From NCBI RefSeq assembly GCF_009914755.1, contig NC_060938.1: a stretch of 64,000 nt of DNA; one strand, given 5' to 3'. The notes beneath the pieces are model-generated. The model did not search any database and was not told the origin of the DNA. It was given only the letters and a program-made list of their open reading frames with translations. Source of the DNA: the human T2T-CHM13v2.0 reference genome, Homo sapiens. A program made the position numbers and the translations under genes. Of this stretch, positions 21,176-33,184 are shown piece by piece; within the stretch, counting starts at the first letter, position 1, and each line of letters begins with the position of its first letter.

Positions 21176-21593
21176 ACTCTACAGAAGAAAATGACATTTA
21201 CCCAGGAATGGGCATTGCAATAGGAATATGCGTGCCATGGCAAACTGTTTGCATATTCAAGGAATTAAAGGAAAAAAAAGTTTTTTTAAAAAATAAAAAA
21301 AGGAGAGGATTACATAATTGTTTTGAGGTAATTAGCCTTGGCTCCAAGCATCAATAACAAGGGTGATGTCAGTTCAAGGTTGGACAGACAATTGCTGGAC
21401 AGATGTCCTCATAGAAGTATCTTTTTGGGTAAGGTGGAGGTCTTTGTGCAAGGTTGTGGTTTTCGCAGTATTTTGTGATAGTTTTATTATCAGGCATTCA
21501 TGGATGAGAACTCTCCTTCATGGCCTTCTCCAGTTCCACTTGTCAGGTTTTCTAACACATGTGACTCTATTTTTGATTCTGACAACTTTCACA
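21176..21593 (-). mobile_element. Older ERV1-type LTR fragment
   Basis: Reverse complement starts TGTGAAAGTTGTCAGAATCAAAAATAGAGTCAC; subfamily not resolved. Confidence 0.5.
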
Positions 21594-21727
21594 ATCTACA
21601 TTAGAAAAGAGAAAACTGGGGCTCAGAAAGTTTTAGAAACTAATTCAAGATCAAGCTGGTAAGTAGCAAAAAATTTAGAATTAAGTTCTACATATCTGGT
21701 TCCAAAACCAGGACTCTTTTCATTACA

Positions 21728-21963
21728 GCAGTGGTTCTCAACAGAGTTGCGATTTTGCCCCCCAGGGAATATTTCACAATGTCTGGAGACATTTATGACT
21801 GTCAGGATTGGAGGTGGAGTGGGTGGGGTCTGCTTCTGAGAAGCTACTTGCTTCTAGTGAACGGAGGACAGGGATGCTACAAAACAGTTCATAGGGACAG
21901 CACCCCCACAACAGAGAATTATACAACCAGCCCAAAATGTCAATGGACATTTGGGCTGAGAAG
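21728..21963. mobile_element. MER20 hAT DNA transposon
   Basis: CAGTGGTTCTCAAC...ATGTCTGGAGACATTT...GCTGAGAA. Confidence 0.75.
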
Positions 21964-22594
21964 TCTTACATGACAGAATGCTTCCTACCCTGATCTGACG
22001 TTATTTCCAAGGATTCAAAGGTAACTGCTTCAAAATTAAACAAATTATAGAAAGCCATCAATAAATCAACCCCTTATTCATGTTGCAGCTCTCTTCCATT
22101 ATAAATAAAAATGGATTGAAACTTACGATAAAAGGGAGGCAGGGACAGGAGCGGGGAAGCTTGGCGAGCAGAAAGGAAATTCAAACTTATTATTAAGGTT
22201 AAGAATTAAGATGTAAATATGTAGATGTTTTTCACCCCTAGGATTTTCACTAATCCAAAAGTTCACGGACTGCTTTGAAATTTAATTATTTGGAACTGGT
22301 TAAATGTTACCCTGACCTCAGCTAACATTTGTGTTTCACTTTTCTCCGGGACCCAGGGGACGTGGATGCCAGATGAGTCCACCTCCTCTCCCTGCTCTTC
22401 CCGCAGGGACAGAGCCTGCCAGGTGCTGGTGACTCGGATCCTGACAGGAGGTCGCTCTGCGGAAGACTGGCAGGATCCCAGAGCAACAGACTGGGGCTCG
22501 ATGCCCCTTCCCCGCCAGGTCTCTCCGTCCGCAACTGTCCTCCTAGTACCGGGTATCCCGCAGGCGGGGCTGCGGAACGCACGTCCCCTGCGCC

Positions 22595-22604
22595 GTGACG
22601 TCAC
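22595..22604. promoter_or_regulatory. Full palindromic CRE (GTGACGTCAC), CREB/ATF/CREM site
   Basis: Perfect TGACGTCA at 22596-22603, about 180 bp upstream of the ATG. Confidence 0.75.
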
Positions 22605-22623
22605 AATAGCGACTCACTGGACC

Positions 22624-22648
22624 CAGCCCTTAGCAACGGCCTGGCGAC
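22624..22648 (+). promoter_or_regulatory. Candidate RFX X-box half-sites (CCTTAGCAAC, CCTGGCGAC)
   Basis: RGCAAC-type half-sites typical of ciliary gene promoters. Motif match only. Confidence 0.5.
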
Positions 22649-22777
22649 GGTTTCCCTGCTGCTGCAGCCCCCGTCGGCTCCTCTTTTCCAGTCCTCCACT
22701 GCCGGGGCTGGGCCCGGCCGCGGGAAGGACCGAAGGGGATACAGCGTGTCCCTGCGGCGGCTGCAAGAGGACTAAGC

Positions 22778-22796
22778 ATGAATGGCAGCCGGAGAG
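22778..22796 (+). CDS. SPATA7: SPATA7 coding exon 1 (MNGSRR + G)
   Basis: AGC-ATG at 22778 inside a CpG island, donor AG|GTAAAG at 22797. Joins exon 2 in frame to give MNGSRRVRATSVLPRYG, the recognisable SPATA7 N-terminus. Confidence 0.95.
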
Positions 22797-23084
22797 GTAA
22801 AGGGCAGCTGTCAGGGGCTACCGCCGCCTCGCCCCTCGCTCCAGGCGGCGCTCCCAGCCTCGGGTCCGGGCAGCTGAGTGCAAGGCCGCCCCTTGGGCGC
22901 TTCCTACCCCTGGCTGAGTCGCCAGTGTTGCCTGGAGCTGCCCAGGCCTGCGCAAAGGAAGAGGGAGAGCCTGCTTGCCAGCCTCGCAGGTCCGCTTCTT
23001 TGCCCTGAATTTGTCGCCCTGACACCAGGGGCCCCTGTCTCCTGAACTCAGGGTCGTGCAGCCTTTAAAACCTCAGTAGCTCCC

Positions 23085-23285
23085 AGGCAGAGGAACCAGG
23101 TTTGGTCTTTGGAGTCAGACCTCCCCGGGCCCCAAATCAAACCCCTCTGCTCTCCATGGAGACGACCCTCAGTTTTCTTATCTCTTGAACGTGAGGGTCA
23201 AATACCCAGGCCATGGAGTTCTTGAGGATTAAATGCAGATAATATAGAGAAGATCCTGGCGCATTTGAAGTGGTCAGTAAATACG
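23085..23285. mobile_element. MIR
   Basis: CTTTGGAGTCAGAC...CTCAGTTTTCTTATCT...GAGGATTAAATG core. Confidence 0.6.
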
Positions 23286-23329
23286 AAATCTCCCAGTAAC
23301 GAACTACCTCCCCCAAAGCTACTGAGTAA

Positions 23330-23492
23330 CCCAGGGTTTCTGTAACTTTCTGTGAATAGGAATCCCCTCAGGGTCATGTTAAAATGCAGATTATGATTCA
23401 GTAGGTCCCTTGGGGGTGGCTGAGATTTTGCATTTATAATAAATTCCAAGTAATGCGGTGTTGCTGGTCAGCGGACTGCAGTTTTAGCAGCA
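23330..23492. mobile_element. MER5A hAT MITE
   Basis: TTAAAATGCAGATT..GATTCAGTAGGTC..CTGAGATTTTGCATTT motif. Confidence 0.65.
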
Positions 23493-24905
23493 ATCCGTAC
23501 TCACCATATACACCTGTTCTCTACTGATTTCTTGAGTCAGGTGGACATCATGTGGTGGGGTTGGGGGTGGGGAAATACAATCTTAAATATCTACAAATCG
23601 GCCCAAACCAAATAATTTGCATTTTCACACTTTCTGAGCCAGTATCATTCTTTCCTCGAGTCAAATGAGGCAATCTTTATAGACTCCCCGCCCCTCCCAA
23701 TTCAGTGTTTTTATCTATTTAAAAGACTGCCTTTAAACCAAGCTGCTAGATGATTCCTTGATGTCTTTCTTTGAATGAGTCTGCCTTTATTATATAGTCA
23801 TTGATCAAAATAAGTGCTACTCCGAATGTAGGAGATAACTATTCATTGATCAGCAAACTATTCTGACACTTCACCAACCTAGGTTTCAGAAAAAGCAAAT
23901 CAAAACGCTTTATGATCTTAAGAAATTTTGCATATAAACTAACATTAAACCCTTGCTATGTACTAGGAACTATTTCCAAATTATCTCATTTAATGTACAA
24001 AAATACCTTGATAGGCATTAGCCTTATTTCATAGTGAAGAAACTAAAGCAAAAGATCACAAATAACTTGCCAAGATCACAGCGGCAGAACAGGATTTGAA
24101 TCTAGGTGAAGAATATAAATCTGAAGCCAATGCATTTACTTACTATCCCATGGTAGGGATGGGCAGGGGGAAAGGATAAATGTAACATTTAGAGTATGGT
24201 AGATTTAGTAAGTTGTCAGTATTTGTTTATTGAATTATTTTAAAAATTGGGTTCATGCCAAATGTAAAAAGGTTTATATTTTTACAACTTGCACAATTTA
24301 ATTAGCTTCATTTTTAGGAAATAATATATGATAATGTCAAATACTGTTATTTTGAATTTTTAAAATAAATGTAATCACCAAATAACCAGGGCAGTCAGCT
24401 TTCATGTACTGTAAATTAATAGGAAACCATAAATAATTTTAGACACAGCTAAAATAATTGAGAATAAATTTCTTAGATTTCATTAGGAGGTGCTTTTAGT
24501 TATTTCAGAGCATAAAATATTAAAACATCTAAAGAAAAATTATCTTTTGTCATGCTCTTACTGTAATCACGTTTTAGACATTCTTTTGTAAGGCAAGCCT
24601 TCTAAATGGTGGTATAGTACAGCACCAGACTGAAAAACGGTTAGTCTTGTTTGTAATCTTTGTTTCCTACTAACTAACTAGGTAATCTTCAGCATGTCAC
24701 TGTACGTCCCTGGGCCTCAGTTATTTATAAAATGGGGGCTTGGACTAGGTATATATAAGGCATGGTTTCCAGCTTCCTATGGGGGAAGGTGAAGAAAAGA
24801 TTGAGAATAACAAACTGCCATTCACTCTAATATCAATGACCTTTAGGAAGGAGAGGAGACAACCTATTAGTATATTACTGAAAGTAACTTGAAAAAAAAT
24901 TTTTT

Positions 24906-25188
<283 letters not shown>

Positions 25189-25567
25189 TCATAGAGACAC
25201 TTATCAATGGTAGATTTCCAAACCTTTGGTTTTCCAGAGAAACCTTGCCACAAGAAACACTTTCATCTTTCCTCACTGGACTTTCTTCTGGCTATTTTAA
25301 TCAAATTGTGTAGGAAAATGGGCTGCTCTCATATACCAGTGAATTTCACCACTAAGACCTTCAATCTCATTGACAAGATTTTAGTCCTAATAGTTAGAGA
25401 ATGATGTTCTTTTCCTTGGCATTTGGTTTGAGGCTACTTCTCCATGCCCCTTTGGCTCATTCTGGGTCCAGTCCAGTCAGGAGATAGAAACCATACAGTG
25501 ATTTTTATACAAGGAAAAGTTAAAGAATTGTTATACTTTCATAAAAGAGTAACTATAAGATGTAAGG

Positions 25568-25700
25568 GGCTGGGCGTGTCAGCTCATGCCTGTAATCTCA
25601 GCATTTTAGGAGGCTGAGGCAGGAGCATCACTTGAGGTCAGTGGTTTGTAATCAGCCTGGGTAACATAGCAAGACCCTGTCTCTAGTATATAAAACAAAT
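25568..25700 (+). mobile_element. Alu left monomer (FLAM/AluJ)
   Basis: Single diverged left arm. Confidence 0.8.
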
Positions 25701-26167
25701 TAATGAATTAATTAAAAAGATAAGAAAACTGTATTTGGTACCTAGAATTACGGGAAAGTACTCAAAGAAGGACAATTTGAAAGAGAGTTTCTCCCAAAGA
25801 CTGGGGTTCAGACCTCATTAGAGAAGGCGTGATTGTGCACTTGCCCAAAGCTTCATCACCGAGGAGTGATATCGGAGGCTTCACATTCCATGGGAAATAG
25901 ACTTTGATAAATTGCTTAGCCAAGTCACTAAACAAACAAGTGAACAACAATGAAAACAAGCTCAGGAGAGGATTCTGTATCTAGAGTTGCTGCAATATAT
26001 TACCTAAAATGTTAACTTTTCAACAAAAAGAAATTGCAAGTCATGCAAAAAAACAAAAACAAAAAAACAGGAAAATGTGACCTATACACAGGACACAAAG
26101 GAGGAACCAGAAACTATGAGAGGGTAGATGAATTAAATCGTCTTATTTCTCCCCTCAATTCTGTTAG

Positions 26168-26462
26168 GTTTTTTTTTTTCCTTTCTCTTTCTTTTTTCTT
26201 TTTTCGAGACAGGGTCTTATTCTGTTACCCAGACTGGAGTGCATTGCAGCCTCCTGGGCTCAATCATCCTCCCATCTCAGCCTCCTGTGTAGCTGGGACT
26301 ACAGGCACACACCACCACACCCAGCTAATTTTGTATTTTTTTGTGCAGTTAGAGTTTCGCCATGTTGTCCAGGCTGGTCTTTGAACTTCTGGGCTTAGGT
26401 GATCAGCCTGCCTCAGTCTCCCAAAGTGCTGGGATTACAAGCACGAGCCATTGTGCTCAGCC
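26168..26462 (-). mobile_element. AluJ
   Basis: Diverged Alu dimer, flanked by AATTCTGT on both sides. Confidence 0.88.
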
Positions 26463-26934
26463 CTAATTCTGTCATTTTTAATATGACATGTATCTATAGG
26501 AATATTAGAAACCAATGAGTATATGCCTTGGTGTACGTCTGATGGTAAATAGACAAGGGAACATAGACATCAAGGAACATCTAAATTCCATGTTTGTTCT
26601 TATCACCATCTTATGCTAAAGAGCAGCTGGATTGATTCCTGGGGCCAAATATTAACCACCTTGTTCACAGCTGTCACTTACAGATGGGTGGGGAAGCATT
26701 TCTATCCAGAGCATTATCACTAGGTTCCAGCCTTTTTTCATTCTCTTTTCATCCTTTCACACTTCTCTGGGTATACCTGTTTTTCCTTTTTCTGTGACCT
26801 ATAGTGAAACATACATAGAATAGAATGGAATTTGGAGGGAATAAACTACATACAGCTGAGATATCTTCTTGGTCTGTTTCACATGATTTAGTAGCTTAGA
26901 ACATGGTTCAAGTACTGAGCAGTTTATATTGGTC

Positions 26935-27160
26935 AAGATAGTGTAATGATTAAGACCCAGGAAACAGACTGCTTGGGTTCAGATCCCAAATCTGTCACAT
27001 TCTTGTGTAATCTTTGGCAAATTACAAGTTTAACCTCTGTGCTTCAATTACCCTCATCTATAAAGTAGGGAGAATTATAGTATTGTAAGGATTAAATGAA
27101 TTTATACCAGCAAAGTGCTTGGAGCACTGCCTGGCAGGGTTACCACTCAATAAATTAGCC
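26935..27160. mobile_element. MIR
   Basis: TGGGTTCAGATCCC..CTCTGTGCTTCA..AGGATTAAATGA core. Confidence 0.65.
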
Positions 27161-28338
27161 TTTTGACTACAAATGAAGAAATCAACTCATACTGGTTTAA
27201 GCTAAAATGGGAATTTTTTTTTTTTTTTGGCTAATGTAAAGAAACGTCTAGGGAAGGAAGAGCTTCAAACATGGTTGGCCTCAGGTACTCAAATGATGTC
27301 ACCAAGAAATCGCTTTCTATCTTGGTTCCACTTGACTGTGTAGGCTTCATTCTCAGACAGGTTCCTTTATAAGGTTCAGGATGGCCACCAGCAATACAGG
27401 GCTTGCTTAGACCCTTCACTGGGTTTAGCAAGCCCAGTGAAATGAAAGTACCTTTCCTAATAGTTCCTGTCAAAGGCCCAGGATTGTGTATCTCATGTTG
27501 GGACTTGGATCGCATAGCATTGCTGACGCTGTCAACACAGCTGTCCACATTTGGGTTTTATGCCTAACCCTGACAGTGGGGTCAGCTCTATTTGAACCAC
27601 CTGGGCTAAGAGTAAGGGAAGAGTCGCCCAAAGGAAAGTTGAGTTGTCATTTCCAGGTGAAGAGGCATTGAATTCTGGACAAGAAAAAAGTCACAGTTCT
27701 TTCTATCTGGAGAAATGAGGTTTTTCTGAGAGTTTGTTGGTATTTTTTCTTATGTTTAGGTCTTACCCTCCTTCTTTCTTGGTAGAAGCTATGCTCATTT
27801 CATGACTATCTTTTTTCCCAGTTCAGATGGCATCACCTTGACTTGTATTGTCCTAAATATTTTTTTCCTTCCTGCACTCTGACCTGTGACATAGAAAGAG
27901 CTTCATAGATATTCTGACCTCAGTTTGTTTTTCTGTTTTAATCTATTCTGACAAGCTTTGTTCTCTGGTCTTAGATTTTAGTTCTCCTAGCTCGATACTT
28001 CTTTTTTCTATATTTAGTCATCCATATATCTTCTAGACTTTCTATGTGTCCTCCTTGTTATAGCTTTTAACAGCCCACCTGATAGCAAACTAGCCGTCTT
28101 ACCCTCTTAAAACATCTCTGTTTGGGGGATAAAGCATTTATATTTTGCATATTAAATTACATTTAATGCTGTAACTCAGACTTCCTGTTTTGGAGATTAC
28201 TACTAAAAACGCAATCACCTTTTAGGAAAGAAATTATTTTGTGATAAATTTATTATTTAAAAAATATTGAATATTGTTGTTTTTGTAAAAGTTGTGTTTC
28301 ATTTATCCTAATTTATGATTTTTTTTTCTTGTTAAAAG

Positions 28339-28413
28339 TCAGAGCAACCTCTGTCCTTCCCAGATATGGTCCACCGTGCCTATTTAAAGGACACTTGAGC
28401 ACCAAAAGTAATG
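28339..28413 (+). CDS. SPATA7: SPATA7 exon 2 (75 nt, VRATSVLPRYGPPCLFKGHLSTKSN)
   Basis: T-rich tract + AAG acceptor, donor ATG|GTAAGT. Translation matches SPATA7. Confidence 0.95.
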
Positions 28414-29284
28414 GTAAGTGAGGTGCTTAAAACGGCAGCTTTGTTAGAAGATTGTCTGAGTGTTTCCTTTACTGGCAAATTATATGACATGATGGAAAAA
28501 TTGTTTCATTTGACGAATATTTGAACTTCATATTATTAATTTTAATGAAATATAGGCGTTCTTGAGATTAGAGAATTTTGGAGTCTATGATTTCAAACTA
28601 TTATTGTGCCCTGGATGTGGACTTGGCTGTCTCCTGCTCCCAGCTGCTACAGCAGCCCAGCTCTACTTTTGCCAGGAAACTACCCTGATTTAAGGCATAC
28701 CTGCCTTGTTAAAATGGTGAGTAGCAGGTATTAAAGACGCAAGCACTGAAAAGGAAAAGCTGTGCAGAGAAAAAGAGCACTTGAATAATACATTTCCTAT
28801 TAGGAGCAAAGGCCTATGGGCCTCTTTATCCAACTGGATTTCTGGGTGCTGTGATATTTTTATATTTTAAAGCTTTCAAGGTACATTTTTAAGGTAGGTT
28901 TTAAAATAAATTTTTGTAATTATACCTTAGAAGTATAAGTCTATGTCCTTAGGCAAAATAATTAAAGCCTTATTTTCCTTATTTACAGGAAAAATCTTTG
29001 ATACTGTTACCTCCAAATGTGGTGGAAGGATCTCATTTTCAGTTGCCTCACTTATTTCTTTGTATTACAGTGTATTTTTTAAAGTTTATGATTGTGGCTA
29101 TGTATGTATGTAACATATATATGTATGTAACATAGCCATAATGATAAACTTTAAAAACTAAATTTTAAATAAAAAGTTAAAACTAGATTTAAAATATACA
29201 TACATAGAAATCAGGATAAAGAACAATATGTAAAGTTTGCTAACTTTCTTTTAAAGAATATATATATAGAGCTGGTATAGGTAT

Positions 29285-29485
29285 GGTGGTTTTAAGTATG
29301 AGGCTGCCTTGGGTCACATGGAAGCTGCATCCTTTATCAGCAGTGTAACCTTGAAGATGTAACTCATATCTCTGTGCCTCAGTTTTCACTTCGATTAAAT
29401 GATAATAATAATGACTAGATAAGTTTATACATATAAAGAGTTTAGAACAATGCATGGTAAATGGCATTTATTCAGTAAATATTTT
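29285..29485. mobile_element. MIR
   Basis: GTGTAACCTTG..CTCTGTGCCTCAGTTTTC core. Confidence 0.6.
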
Positions 29486-30350
29486 TAGTAGTGGCATCAA
29501 GCTCGTAATTATTGCATAGGCTTGTATTATGCACAGAGTCTCTGGAAGGATGCATTTAAACAGTAACATAGTATATTTCTGGGAAGGGAGACTAAAGGTC
29601 AGGGTAGAGAAATCGCTTCTTTTTCAAACTCCATATGCCATTTTAGCTGTTGAATTTTTTTAACCACATTGCGTGTATTACTTCTCAAAAACTGTTTTTA
29701 ATGTTTAAAAAAGCTTTGCCTATATTTATATTTTATACTTGTGTGTAAGTGCTTAACTATTTCTAAGATTTCTTTTAAACAGTTTGAATGAGGACCAAGG
29801 AGTTTAATGTCATGGAATTTCTTTGCGATTACACTTGTTATAAGATAGTTTTAGTACTTCAAAAAGAATGTAGTAAACTGGTATGTAGATCTTGTTTTCA
29901 GGTTTAAGTTAGAAATTTGCTTCTTGGAATATAATTTTTGTATGTAGGGTTTTGGGATTTGGTAGTCATTGAATTTCTGAAATTCCGTTGATTAAGTATT
30001 AACAATGGTAACTAATTAAGCAAGCAGCTAAACATCCTTAGTTAGAAGATTGAGAGCTGTCAAAAAAAAAATAGTTCTGTAAATGTAATGACAGATCATA
30101 TCCTAGAATCTCTTCCCCAGAGTCTCAGGCTTGTAAAATTTTATTCTCAGGAAGGTTTGAACCCAAATGGTCAATAGCTCATTGGCATTATCAGTGCAAG
30201 ATTAAAGCTTCACATCACAATGTCATATATCAATATCTCTGGTTGAATTTCAGAACATTTTATAAGAATGAGTTAAATAATCAGTGCCTTGTTTATCTCA
30301 TGATTTTTATATTAGTTTTAAATATATAATGATTATGTTTTAATTTTTAG

Positions 30351-30446
30351 CTTTTTGCACTGACTCCTCTTCTCTCAGACTAAGCACTCTCCAGCTGGTC
30401 AAGAATCACATGGCTGTTCACTATAATAAAATCCTTTCAGCCAAAG
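30351..30446 (+). CDS. SPATA7: SPATA7 exon 3 (96 nt, AFCTDSSSLRLSTLQLVKNHMAVHYNKILSAK)
   Basis: TTTTTAG acceptor, AAG|GTAAAA donor, in frame with exons 2 and 4. Confidence 0.95.
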
Positions 30447-30789
30447 GTAAAAATGTGCAAATGTGAACTCTCTGTACTCAATTTAAACCTCCAGCTTCAC
30501 TTCTCATTAAAATATATCTATAGCAAAAATGAATACCTTATATATATGAGAGGATTTGTATTTGTTTGGTTTAGTGTGATACAAACTATTGACTCTAGGT
30601 ACTTAGCAAATTCATACCCATTTTTGTTAACTATATTTGAAATCTATATATTGCCTATTTTATTTCGTTTTTTATCTCTATTGCTAATAATATTTTGTTA
30701 GATATTGCTTTTAATATGAAAATATATAATCTGCTTTTTTGTTTACACATCTATGGAAGTTGCACAAAGAAGATGCTATTTTTCTGTTT

Positions 30790-33000
30790 AATTTTTTTCT
30801 TTTGTCAGCTTTATTGAGATAAAACTTACATTATAAAATGCATTGATTATAATGTGTACAGATAAATATTTTGAAAAATGAACACATTTGTATAAATACT
30901 ACTACAACCATGCTGTAAAACAGGAATCAGCTAACTACACCGTTCAGGCCAAACCCTCCTACCACCTGTTTCTGTACAGCCCATGAACTAAGAATGGTGT
31001 TCATATTTTTAAATGGTAGCAAAAAATTTAAAAAAAAGTATTTTGTGACCTGAAATTCAAATGTAGTTATCCATAGACAAACAATCATTTTCAATCTTTT
31101 ACATATTGTCTGTGGCAGCTTTTACACTAAAAAGCAGAGTTGACCAGTTGTAACAGACTGTATCACCCTGCAAATCCTGAAGCATTTACTACCTGGCCCT
31201 TTGTAGAAAAAATTTGCCAACCCTTGATATAGAAAAAGTCCATTACCTCAAAGAGTTCCCCCTAGTCCTTTGCCGTCAGTCCCCTCCTGACAAATCCCTG
31301 GCAACCACTGATCTGCTCTTTCGCCTATAGTTTTACCTTTTCTATAAGTTCATAGAAATGGAATCATGTATCGTTTTGGGTCTGGCTTTTTTCAGTTATC
31401 TTAATGATCTTGAGACTAATTCACACTGTTCTGTGTACCACCATTTATTCTTTTGTATTGTTAAGGAGTATTTCATTTAATGAATAGACCACAATTTGTT
31501 TATGATTCACCAGTTGTTAAACATTTGGATTGTTTTGACTCACTTTTGGCCATTAGGAATAAAGCTGCTATAAACATTCACATATAATTTTGGCGCATGT
31601 GTTTACGTTTCACTCGGGTAAATTTATGTGTCAGGAGTAGAACTGTGAGGTAATATATTAAGTATAAGTTTAATTTTATAAGAAACTACAGTTTTCCAGA
31701 GTGAATATACCATTTACATTTCCATTACTTCTGCACCCTTACCAACCCTTGGCGTTGACAGTCCTTTTTTAACCATTCTAGTGAATATGAAATAGTATCA
31801 CTTCATAGTTTTAGTTTGCATTTCCCTGATTTCTAGTGATGTTGCCTTATTACTTCCCATCTGTATATCTTCTTTGGTGAAATGACTGTTCAAATCTTTT
31901 ACCCATTATTAAAAATGGGTTGTTTGTCTCTTTAGTATTAAGTTGTGAGTTTCTTTATATACAGATTCTATATCAGATATATGTTTTGCAGATATTTTTT
32001 TCCCAATCTGTAGCTGGTGTTTTCATTTTCTTGTTAAAATTCGTATTCTGGAGAAATTTTTAGACTTACATAAACATTTAAAAATTGTATAGGGAGTTAC
32101 CATATACCCTGTACTCTGCTCTTCCACTAATGTTAAAAATCTTAAAAACCGTGGTATAGTTATCAAAACCAGGAAATCAATATTGATGCAATCCCATTAA
32201 CTACAGACCTTATTTGAATTTCACCAATTTTTGACTAATGTCTTTTAAATTTTTATTTTCTCATTTAAATAGCTAAAGTTTTTAAATTTTAGTTTATATT
32301 TTATGATGCTTATATTTTTAAATGACTAAAAAAACAAAAGAAAAATATTTTGTGACATGAAAATCGTGAAGTCGTTTAGTTTTTTAGTTTTATAAACTAA
32401 ACAGGTTATTTCATAACCTGTTCAAGAAATATTTGCCTAACCTTAGGTCACTCAGAATTTCTTAATGTTTTCTTCTAGAAGTTTTAAAGTTTTAGCCCTT
32501 ACATTTAAATTTGCGATCCATTTTGAGTTAGTTTTTGTATATGGTGTGATATAAGGGTTTTGAGGTTTTTTGTTTGTTTTGTTTTTTTGCCTCTTCATAT
32601 CCAAATTTCCCAGTACCATTTGTTGAAGAGGTTATCTTTTCTCTATTTAATTGTCCTAGTACTTTTTGAAAGTCAGTTGACCATATGTGTGGGTCTGTTT
32701 CTGGACTTAACTCCTTGGTTCTGTTGATCTATATGTCTATCTTTAAGCCCCATGCCACACTGCCTTAATTATTGTAGCATTACAGTAAGTCTTGAAATCA
32801 GGTAGTGTAAGTCTTCCATTTTGCTTTTTTTTCCCCAAGCTTGTTTTGGGACTACATTATAAGTATGTTAAGTCTGTTTCATTTTGAGTAGTTTATATTG
32901 CTATGTCTTCAAGTTCACTAGTATTTTCTTCTGCAGTATTGAATGAGTTATTAATCCCAACAGTGTATTTTTAATCAAGGATCTTGTGTTTTCCATCGCT
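30790..33000 (-). mobile_element. Old L1 (L1ME/MC-type) 3' fragments with nested MER58B (~30920-31226)
   Basis: CAGCTTTATTGAGATA.. and CTGGCAACCACTGATCTGCT L1M 3' motifs; MER58-type ends CAGGAATCAGC..TTTGCCAACCCTTG. Confidence 0.65.
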
Positions 33001-33111
33001 AGAAGTATGATAAACAGCTGCAAGGTCTGGAACATTTTGTGATTTCCACATTTGGTATTTGTCATTTATAAATACTGACAATATTATTAAACTATTACCT
33101 TTCTCTTTCAG

Positions 33112-33159
33112 CTGCAGTAGACTGCTCGGTTCCAGTAAGCGTGAGTACCAGCATAAAGT
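33112..33159 (+). CDS. SPATA7: SPATA7 exon 4 (48 nt, AAVDCSVPVSVSTSIK)
   Basis: CCTTTCTCTTTCAG acceptor, AGT|GTAAGT donor, in frame. Confidence 0.95.
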
Positions 33160-33184
33160 GTAAGTAATTTTTGGACATTATTAC

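Larger units (their letters stand above)
22340..23060. promoter_or_regulatory. SPATA7: CpG island / SPATA7 promoter and 5' UTR
   Basis: Only CpG-dense, GC-rich segment of the window; surrounds the start codon; GC box GGCGGGGC at 22563-22570. Confidence 0.9.

Noticed and set aside
22263-23025. Several overlapping 76-144 aa ORFs on both strands
   Set aside because: Expected stop-codon depletion in a GC-rich CpG island; only the first 19 nt of 22778..23008 are SPATA7 coding.
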